Assembly: GCF_009914755.1 (NCBI RefSeq)
Contig: NC_060936.1
Length of the DNA stretch: 64,000 nt
Reading direction: 5' to 3' (one strand)
From: the human T2T-CHM13v2.0 reference genome, Homo sapiens
Shown: positions 54,058 through 64,000 of the stretch, in pieces
Layout of the letters: each line of letters starts with the position of its first letter
Numbering within the stretch: position 1 is the stretch's first letter
The notes under the pieces: generated by a model
Seen by the model: only the letters and a program-made list of their open reading frames with translations
What the model was told of the DNA's origin: nothing
The model's database searches: none
Translations under genes and position numbers: made by a program

Positions 54058-54350
54058 GGCCGGGCACGGTGGCTCACGCCTGTAATCCCAGCACTTTGGG
54101 AGGCCGAGGCGGGTGGATCACGAGGTCAGGAGATCGAGACCATCCTGGCTAACACAGTGAAACCCCGTCTCTACTGAAAATACAAAAAATTAGCCGGGCG
54201 AGGTGGCGGGCACCTGTAGTCCCAGCTACTTGGGAGGCTGAGGCAGGAGAATGGCGTGAACCCTGGGGGGCGGAGCCTGCAGTGAGCCGAGATGGGCGAC
54301 AGCGAGACTCCGTCTTAAAAAACAACAACAACAACAACAGCAACAACAAC
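54058..54350 (+). mobile_element. AluY-lineage element with 21-nt right-arm deletion and (CAA)n tail
   Basis: Y diagnostics; TSD AAAACATATTTTA (54045-54057, 54351-54363). Confidence 0.92.
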
Positions 54351-54498
54351 AAAACATATTTTAATGTGCTTTCATGGCAAAGTAAATAGATGGAGTTTAG
54401 AGATTTGTGATTTTACCGAGTAAGATCTATAATTCACAGAACCACCAAAATATCAAAAGTCAAAATCAACTTTCCTTTTTCTTGTGAAGTTCATTTAA

Positions 54499-54808
54499 TT
54501 TTGTTGTTATTGTTGTTTTCTTTTTTGAGACAGGGTCTTGCTCTGTCTCCCAGACTGGAGTGCAGTGGTGTGATCATGGCTCATTGCAGTCTTGACCTCC
54601 TGGGCCCAAGCGATCCTCCCATCTCAGTCTTCCAAGTACCTGGGATTACAGGCATGCACCACCATATCTGGCTAATTTTTTTCATTTTTGTAGGAACAGG
54701 GTCTCTCTATGTTGCCCAGGCTGGTCTCAAACTCCTGGGCTTGAGTGATCCTCCTGCCATGGCCTCCCAAAGTGCTGGGATCACAGATGTGAGCTGCCTT
54801 GCCTGGCC
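54499..54808 (-). mobile_element. AluJ
   Basis: Antisense dimer; CATTTAATTTT on both flanks. Confidence 0.9.
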
Positions 54809-56910
54809 CATTTAATTTTTTAGAATTACAGGTTTAATATTTTCCCTTTGCTGCCAAGGATGTTCCCTTTAAAGATATTTTAATAGTGCCCTGAAATATA
54901 TCCATATGTATGTCTATATCTACATCTATACTGTATATTTAAACAGTTTTGCCACATGCTTGGAAATTGTGCCTTGAAATAACTTATCAGTGGTCCAAGA
55001 CCTACCAAAAGAGCCTTGTTTGAGACATAATGAACACATGTACAAAGATTGCTTTTTAGCTTCCAATTCCTAAGCCCAAGTCATACTGCATTTGCTATAA
55101 TGGAGCAATATATTATCTTGAAAAGTACTGTGTAAGCATTTTTTTGGTAGTTGAGCTAACATAAAATTTTAAAGAATGAATATATCACAGTAAAAAACTG
55201 TAAAATATGGAACATTGCATCATTTGTTTGCATTTCATATAAATATCAATATTGCTATTTCCAAAGAAAATATGGTAGAATATTAATTCTGATTAGAAAA
55301 ATAAGTATTGTTAATGAGCCAAGCACATTAGATATTTGTCTTACAGCTTTGTTATAGTTTTGTTAAATAAAAAACTCTACTAAAAGAAGAAAATTGTGTT
55401 ACCTTTGGGCCCTATTTTGCAATTTTTAACATAGGCAGAAACCTCCTCTACTTTCCCGGGAGCATGCTCCAATTAAGCATGATGAGCATATTTCAATTAA
55501 GGTTTATATTTCATAGTATTTTCCCAGGTGTTAGTGCCTAGGTCCATAAATACAACCAAGAGAATCACATGGCTCTATAAGAGGGTCCCACTCTGTGCTT
55601 CTGATAGTGCATATATGTGACTCCAAATGTCTGTGCAGCCAGTAATTACAATGCTGTTTTTCTTATTGAAATAATATCAACATGCCAAACTATCATATCT
55701 TCTTGTGCAATTATTGTCAAAATCTGAGCATTGCCTTAAGTTACCTTAACATCAGAATTATCATTATAGTATCAATTTTAACCATTTTCTGGCTAATGGT
55801 TATAGGTTGTAATGTCCCGCAAGAGAAGTGCAAAGATAGAAAGTCCATTCCTGATGGTTCACAGTGTTGGAGGGACTCAGAGGTACAGGTCATCTGGAAT
55901 GGCAGTGTGCAAAGAACGTTAGTGGCATGCATTGTTGCAGTCATTTTTTAATATGGGCACTAAGAATTGAATTCCAGGTTAAGGTCTTATTAATATTACT
56001 TGACCCAGGAACATGAGGTAGTTACCCAGTGTCTCCAGCTTTCAGACTAATAACTAGGTGTGCTCACTGAATTATCTTCCTTAAGTATCAGCTTTTCAAA
56101 GGACTTCCCTGCATACAAAATCAGCAGAGATGTCAAAAAATATGTAGGTAAATAAATGCAAGTTCTCACTTCAGAAAACACCAAATGCGTTCCATTGAGC
56201 GAATGTATAGAGATATCAACAAAATAGGGAAGTGTATAAAAAGGAGTTGTCAGCAATCATAAAATTGTGCAGGCTGGTCTGCTCACAGAAAACACTAATC
56301 TATTAGAGCGACTCACTCATTTTTTTCCCACCCTGAGGCAGGGGAATAGCATGATTATAATAGTAGAAGCATGAAAAAGTTATGGTCCATCAGAGACTTT
56401 CTGATGGTTAAATGAAACTTACCATTTGATTTTAGTTTAGAATTAAAACAATGAGGTTGACAGGTTTCTTTTTTTCAAACTGACCATTTGACTTGAGTGT
56501 ATTAAAACTGCTAAACTGATTTAACCAAAACTACCCTTAACTTTCCTCTGGATTCTGTCTCCTGAGAGATCAAGCCTTAGCTAATAGATCATGCTTCTTA
56601 ACCCCAAGATAATCTTCAGTGAAGCCATCTGCATGTTTTTTTCCCTTGCAGTCATTTTTAATTTTTCAGCAAAACATTGTGGAAGCAACTTAGCAGTCTT
56701 GTTTTTCCTCTGTTGGGTTTCTGAAATGACTGGAAATGTGACATCAGTGTTTAAGGAGAACTTCCTTTACAAAACTCAAAAGAAATCATTCTAGACAAAA
56801 AGATTATGAGCAAATGGAGCCTGTGTTCTATTTGTTTGATGACAAGTCCCAAATTAATCCTGGAGCTCAATAATCCTTTCCCATTGGCTTAAATGTTGAT
56901 TTCGTTTTAC

Positions 56911-57231
56911 AGATTGATTGATTGATTTTTTTTGTGACAAGGTCTTCTCTGTTGCCCAGGCTGGAGTGCAGTGGCACGATTTTGGCTCACTGCAGCCTCA
57001 ACCCCCTGGGCTCAGGTGATCCTCCTGCCTCAGCCTCCTGAATGGTTGGGACTACAGGAGCATGCCACCCCTCCTGGCTAATGTTTTTTGTATTTTTTTT
57101 TTTTTTTTTTTGGTAGAGACGGGGTCTCACCAGGTTGCCAAGGCTGGTCTCAAACTCCTGGACTCAAGCAATCTGCCCACCTCGACCTCCCAGAGTGCTG
57201 GGATCACAGGTGTGAGCCACCAGGCCCGGCC
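56911..57231 (-). mobile_element. AluJ
   Basis: Antisense dimer with (GATT)n tail. Confidence 0.9.
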
Positions 57232-57281
57232 AAAGCTTTACAGATTTTTGTCTCTGACTTTTCTGTTTTAAGGCAGCAGTG

Positions 57282-57748
57282 TGTGGTGGGTTGCATTGTA
57301 TCCCACAAAAATGTATGTACAAGTTGTAACCCCTGATTCTGTGAATGTGACCTTTCTGGAAGTAGGGTCACTGCAGATGTAATTAAGTTGAGGATCTCAA
57401 GATGAGATCATCCTGGATGCAGGATGGGACCTAACGATAATGGCTGGTGTCTTTATAAGAGAAAGGAGAAGGAGATTTGAGACACAGACATGCAGAGAGG
57501 AAAGCGACATGGAGACGGAAGCAAAGCCTAGAGTGGTAAACCTACAAACCAAGGGTTGCCAGCTGTCACCAGAAGCTGGAAGAGAGGCATAGAAGATTCT
57601 CCCTTAGAGTCTCTGGAAGAAACCAACCCTGCTGGTGTCTTGATTGCAGGCTTCTGGCTTTTAGAAGTAGACTTCTGGCTTTTAGAACAGATTTCTGTTA
57701 CACACAATTGGTAGTAATTTTTTATGTCAGCCCTAGGAAACTGATATA
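57282..57748 (+). mobile_element. MLT1C-like MaLR solo LTR
   Basis: ctgtgaatgtgacct..gcagatgtaattaagtt..caccagaagctggaagagaggca..cagccctaggaaactgata. Confidence 0.85.
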
Positions 57749-58206
57749 TAATGTAAGTCTCCTGTGTGGCTCTAGGGACAATTCTTTTGTTCAAGAGGCT
57801 GTCAGAATGTTACAGGTACAGCCACAGAAGGCAGAACAACTGATGCTTCACCATCAGCTGCTTCTATCACAGAGATCGGTACTCACACAACCATTTGTTG
57901 GCCTTAGTTGGTGGAAGTGTGTGGCCAGGATAAAAGCCCATGGTGTGCTTGCAAATATCAGTGTTGTGGATAAACAGTCTGATTACTCCTACGCAAAGTG
58001 CAGATTTCCTTGACCAGAAATGCCCACACCAACTACCCATAGTTACAAACCTAACTTAAGACAAACCCATGCTTTCTGTGACAATGTAAGTCAGAAGACA
58101 ACACCTCCCATTTCCTGAAGGCAGCACTTTTTTTCCTGAGCATAGTACAAATCCTCTTTTAATTTCTCTGAACTTGTATAACATGAAAGTTACTTACTGC
58201 TCCCCC

Positions 58207-58343
58207 AAAAGAAGAACAAAGGAAGAAAGGAAAGAAAGAAGGAGAGAAAGGGGGCAGGAAGGAAGAGACGAAAGGAAAGAAGAATGGGATGATGAGGAAA
58301 GACAGGAAAGCAGAGAGAGAGAGAGAAAAAGAGGAAGGAAAAG
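58207..58343 (+). repeat. GA-rich low-complexity tract
   Basis: Almost entirely purine. Confidence 0.85.
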
Positions 58344-59499
58344 CCCTATTCACATCTGAAATGTAGAATGTACCACATTAGCATTAAAATCAAATTGCTT
58401 GCTGGGCAATGCTCATAGAATATTTGAATGTATTGTTCAATCAAACCTTGTCTATCTTCTTCATTGACCACAGAAAGGTAAATTCATTGGCACAATTGAC
58501 CAGTGCAAGATGGAAGGGCCTGGAGGAGAGCTGGGATGAGGGAGGCCAGCAGCCACCTCTTAAGGGCAGCTGAAGTCCTCACACACTCAGACCTCATCTG
58601 CATAGCAAGGCAGGTGGGCCCCTTCTGTCGGCACTTAGCCTGAGTGCCATCACAGCCCATTTCAGCACGCTGTTGAAATTCATGCTGTCTCCATTTCTCA
58701 TCAGATGGAGTAAGTAAACCAGCACCAGTGACAACACTGAAGCTTGTGGCTAATCAGAAATTTTCTGTGTGCTAACATATTTTTCTTTTATTTGGGGGTT
58801 AGGTCTTCAGTGAAACAGAACTTCCTCTGCCTTTTTCCTTTCCTCCTTCCATGCCCCTCTTACCTCTTAATTTCACGAAGTGGAGGGGAATTCACAGGAC
58901 AGGATATCTGGCTTTATGACACTCTGTCCTGCAACTGAACAGTCACCAGATGAAAGGAATGATGGTATTTAAGAACAAACAAAAGGAAAATATAAATCCT
59001 TTGGGTAGCAGATATGTGTAATTTACTCTAGTTTTCTGTTTCAACTTTTAAAAGAATGCAAGATCTTAGACAATAGAGAGTCAGAAACAGGCCAGTTATA
59101 GCACTCAATCTCCCTCAATTAGGGTCATCACAAAAGCACTATTTATAAACATATGGTGCAACTTCATGGAATTAAAAGAATAGTGGATCCAATTTGCCAT
59201 CTCCATCCACAATGTCCCAGGAGTCGTGAAAACCTGCTCCTTGTGGAGTCATTTTAAGCATTCTCAGCAAATCTTTCAGACTCTCTGGGTTCCACAGCAT
59301 AACTCTATTTTCAGCTATGGACTTGGGCTCCAGGTCTCATCTCTTTATTCTCCATAGCCCCAATATTTATGGAAAAGTGTCATTGAATGGCACACCAATG
59401 TTGGCGAGAGCTGTATATGTCTAAGGAAAATGAAATATTTGGCACAACATCAACCACAACATCTCTAGTTTGTATCCATTTGCATTCTATTCTGTACAA

Positions 59500-59975
59500 T
59501 TCTGACAGATCAACATTCCTAAAGGCCAGATTTAATCCTTGGAGTCCCTACAAGTAACCTTGGGCTTCTGCCGACCATGAAATGCTTAGACTGGCCTCAT
59601 GGCCCTCCATGGTCTGGCCTGTGCTAGCTGTCTGCTCTTACCTTTTGCTGCTCCCTTTCATACACTCTTCCAGATGGAATAATTTAAGACACACATATGT
59701 ATCAGGCTTTACTTCTTCCCCTTTGATTAACCATTCACTTGCCTGACCTTATTTTTTCTTCTCTCTCCCTGCCTCATATGTCATGCCTTTACATTATTTT
59801 GAGTGTTATTTGTGTGTTGGGTCTTGCTCCTACTCAACTGTAAGCTCTTAGGTGAAGGGACTTATTCACTTTTATTCCCTCTCCCTCTTTATTAGCACCT
59901 AGCACAGTGCTCTGTGTACAACAGACACGCCATAGTTATTCGCTGACTGCAAATATGAACAAATAAATGATAAGT
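59500..59975 (+). mobile_element. L2 3' fragment
   Basis: actgtaagctct..agggactt..agcacctagcacagtgc. Confidence 0.6.
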
Positions 59976-60166
59976 AGATTAAAAGCTGAAAGATGAATGT
60001 CAAATAATTTAAATCATGGCTTGGAAAGATATAAATGGGGAAAATAAATCTAAATCACGTCATTCATAATTCATGAGAAAAATACTATACTTTGAATCAT
60101 TTTATATTGTTACTCTGTGTTACAATTATTAAGCTGGAGTTCTCCCACTTAAAATGTCTGTGTATG

Positions 60167-60475
60167 GGTCAGGCTTGGTGGCTTACATCAGTAATCCCAG
60201 CAGTTTGAAAGGCTAAAATGGGAAGATTGCTTTGAGGCCAGGAGTTTGAGACCAGCATAGACAACATAGAGACTCTATCTCTACAAAAAAAAAAAAAAAA
60301 TTAATTAGTCAGGTGTGCTACTCGGGAGCTACTGTGTGCTACTCCCAGCTACTTGGGAGGCTGAAGTGGGAGGATCACTTGAGCCCAGGAGTTTGAGGCT
60401 GCAGTGAGCTATGATCATGCCACTCACTGCAATTCAGCTTGGGTGACAGAGTTAGACCATGTCTCTAAAAAAAAA
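60167..60475 (+). mobile_element. AluJ
   Basis: Diverged sense dimer. Confidence 0.88.
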
Positions 60476-62363
60476 GTAATAAAATTCTGTGTATATTTAT
60501 GTTGCAAGAGAAGTCAGGTTGGTAAATTATTATGTCATGTCAGTATTAATGTTAATTTTATGCTATTTCCTGTAAATGAATTTGGAGAAATGCACATTTT
60601 AAGACTGTATTACAAAAGAAATTCTATCTTGAGGTTCTGTTGCCAAGCCACTAAAAATTCAGTTGTTCATACTGTGAAGTCATCCAAACACCTCAAGGAA
60701 TTTTTTCCTTGTACTGCATGATTGCTCATCTGAACACAAGAGGAAAATTTATATGTTATAAAGATTTGATGGGCATTTTTATCTGAAAAGGAAAATACTA
60801 AAAAAGCATAAAATAGTACAGAATCCTTGCTAAAAGATTTAATCAAAAGGAAGAGCAATCTGCTTTTCTACAAGATGCATATTCAGTGAATAACCAAGGA
60901 GCTGTATGCTTTCATAGAAAGTGTGGAAAGACGTGATTTCAACTTTTGATAATTATTTCCTTGTTAATAACAAAGGCTTTGGAGTATCATGGCTCTAAGC
61001 ATCAAAAAGCAAGAGAGATATATCAGATCGAATACAAGACAAAAAAAGATCTAGCCCATTAAAAAAAAAAAAGACACAAAAGCATTATCATCTCCTTCCA
61101 GAGTTTCTCTCCCTGATCCTAAACTCTGCATCCTCACACAACTTCAAGCTTCAAGGGTAGAGAAGATGAGAAAAATGAAGTGATGGGGGAGAGGACAGGA
61201 AAATGGGAAGAAAGTGGGATAAGGAAGCTGGAGGGAGGATGCTCAGGAGTGGTTAGAATCACAAAGAAATGGGGAAGGGAATAAAACCTGCTATAAGCAC
61301 CAGAGACAAACAAGGTGAATTGAAGATGTTTGTGTCATGTGTGATGTTCTACACCTGCTACTCCTGCTACTACAATCTAGTGGATGCCATGTGCCAGGCA
61401 TGGTTCTAAGCATTTTACATATATTAAATCACTGAAGCTCATGGCACACCTACTGAGTGAAAGTCACAGAAAGCCTGACCCAAACAGTGTCAAACAAAAC
61501 AAAAAAGGAAATAGGTTGGGTCTAGAACAGAGGCATCCTTCAGTCTGGGATTTATTCAAGGCTTACATAGTGTATCCCTTTTTCCATTTCTTTTCCTCAA
61601 CTGGTGCTATATTGACTCCAGATCCTAGCAAGCTCCCCACTCCTAGTCCCAAAATGGTTGCCTACAGCTATGAGCTAGGTACATATTTCCTGTTCAATTA
61701 AAATGGAAATTTCTATTGTGCTTGGAAAAAATATGCAAAAATTTCAAGATCGTCCAACAGAAAAAAACTTGCTTATCTCTTCAACTTCCTCTCAGGCCCA
61801 TTGTACCACTTGCACTCTACACTTCCATCACATGGGCCTCTTTAAGGTCTCAAATCCATCAGGCTCTTTGGTGGAAGTGGAGGTGGGTAGAAATAAAGGT
61901 TAAATAAAAGTCCTGGAATTTGTTGCCCTGATTGGGCAGATTTGCTCTTGTGATCAATCCTGTGAACCAATCCTACTTTGAGGAATGTGGGAATTGATGG
62001 TTGTTTTAAGCCAATTATATAGATCACCCCTGAAGCCAAGTGGGACCAATTCTATCCAAACTGGATTGATGAAAAATTCAAGGAACCCTTAGAAAGAGGG
62101 CAAGAAGAGAATCCTCATAATAATAGACTGGCGAAAATGAACATAAAAGTAGATGGCTAAACGTAAAAAAAGCAAAGAATAAAAATCTAAAATATTTTTG
62201 TAATACTGTTAATAGTATGTCTATATTTTCATATGTGTATATATATACATGCATGTATCTATACTGAGGTACAAGCAAGAGAAACCAATGTATGCTAATT
62301 TAGACAGAAAGGGAGATTTTTTAAAAGGGATTTTGACTGGTACAGAATCTCCTGAAAGTTGAG

Positions 62364-62848
62364 TGTCTTAGGTAGATTGCCAAGAAGCAGACCCTGGAGA
62401 ATTTATGTCTTAGTGATTTATTAAATGATGCCAGGAGAAGCCAACTAGAGAGTGGGGAAGTAAGGCAGGGAATGGGAGAAAGCCCACACCCATCAAGGGT
62501 GCTATCCTATGCAAAGGTAGTTTCAGCCTGATCCCACAGGGGAACTGTATAGCAGAAGTTATGGCTGTCTTGCCCCAACTCAAGGCACAGAAGCTGGGCT
62601 TTCTTATTCCACATCTCTGAATCATTGGTTAAGAGTGCTCCTTGGAAGGCAAATTCCTAGGATTTCCAGCTTTCTATGCATTCTGGCAAAAGCTAGCTCC
62701 ACAAGCCAGAGGACAGCCCTTGAGAGAAAGATTTAGGCACTGGCTTTTGAAATAGAAAGCACCTCAAATGCTGGGGAGAAGGAACACACAGAAAATAGCA
62801 AAAAAGGATCCAGTGAGACCTGGGCAATGCACAAATGCAATGCACCAC
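62364..62848 (-). mobile_element. LTR16-family solo LTR
   Basis: tgtcttagg..agaagcagaccctg..gtgatttatt..agtggggaagtaaggcagggaa..ttcagcctgatcccacaggggaact. Confidence 0.6.
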
Positions 62849-63077
62849 TTTGAGACAATCAGCTTTCAATTTACACAAGCAGTAACAATGCTCCAAACCA
62901 CACCCTGCAGCTGTCCCATGCACCATCAGGGAAATCTCTGATGCTGCTGGTGCCCTGCCAGCACCACTACCCACTGCTGCATCTAACTGCTGACTGCAGT
63001 CATTGCCCCATCCTCACTCCCATGGATTCTGCCTGTAACCTGCTCTTGGAATCTCTGACTTCTAAAGTCTAGCGTTT

Positions 63078-63460
63078 ATGGAATACTACACAGCCACACA
63101 AAATAATGAAATCATATCTTTTGTACCAACATGGATGCAGGTGAAGGCCATTATCCTTAGTGAAATTAACAGAAAACCAAATACCGTATGTTCTCACTTA
63201 TAAGTGACAGCTAAACACTGGTTACTCATGGACATAAAAATAGGAACAATAGACACTGGGGAATACTGGAGGGGGGAAGGAGGGAAAGGAACAACAGTTG
63301 AAAAACTAACTGTTGGTTACTATGCTCAGGACATGGGTGACAGTATCATTCATACCCCGAACTTCAATATCATGTAATGTACTCATGTAACAAACCTGCA
63401 CATGTACCCCCTGAATCTAAAATAAGTTGAAATTACAAAAAACAAAAAATAAAATAAAAC
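63078..63460 (+). mobile_element. L1PB/old L1PA 3' end
   Basis: atggaatactacacagcca..tgttctcacttataagtg..gtaacaaacctgcacatgtacccc..A-rich tail. Confidence 0.88.
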
Positions 63461-63699
63461 AAAGTTTAGGGTGCTAAGTGATGGCAGCCAGGGTGTGTTT
63501 ATACATCAGCTGCAAGAAATGCCAGAAAAGGGAATATCTGGCATTTTTAGCTGTCGTATCAAGAGGCAAGATCCACCTCATTAAATATTAGGTGGGAATT
63601 CCCAAAACACGGGGAGAAGATGATGATGTTGTGTAGAAAAAAAAAAAAAAAGTAAGAGCCATTCACTCCACACACAAATGCATAAAACATTTAGAATTG

Positions 63700-63988
<289 letters not shown>

Positions 63989-64000
63989 TCCATTTAGAAT

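Noticed and set aside
55452-55484. Palindrome GGAGCATGCTCC as a p53 element
   Set aside because: One good half-site only; the second (AAGCATGATG) has two mismatches and a 5-bp spacer.
56387-56407. Hairpin CCATCAGA-N5-TCTGATGG and similar 7-9 bp stems
   Set aside because: Expected by chance in 64 kb; too short for a pre-miRNA.

Overview
Primate (human-like) intergenic DNA with no supportable intact protein-coding exon; almost all ORFs in the supplied track fall in repeats or in the CpG island. The left end holds a CpG-island promoter (~700-2200) with a CCAAT box, GC boxes and a 73-nt pure-purine pentamer tract. It probably drives a gene running leftwards out of the window, which I cannot name. 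To its right lie a full-length LTR12C-type (ERV9) solo LTR, a full-length frameshifted RPSA processed pseudogene with 13-bp TSDs, a decayed ERV-L provirus remnant (LTR16 + Leu PBS + gag/pro), and many Alu, L1, L2, MIR, CR1/L3, MaLR and DNA-transposon fossils. The observations not explained by repeat annotation are: (i) a ~200-bp, ~87%-identical inverted duplication with a 300-bp spacer that splits a MaLR LTR (29243-29940); (ii) five perfect AP-1 heptamers plus TEAD motifs within 1.4 kb (23779-25151), a candidate distal enhancer; (iii) a net 7-nt insertion ending in CAG at the recalled exon1/exon2 junction of the RPSA retrocopy; (iv) an open 31-codon CR1/L3 ORF2 remnant. I see no evidence for a wholly new biological system. 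Repeat subfamily names come from recalled consensus sequences and need RepeatMasker/Dfam confirmation; boundaries without a stated TSD are approximate.
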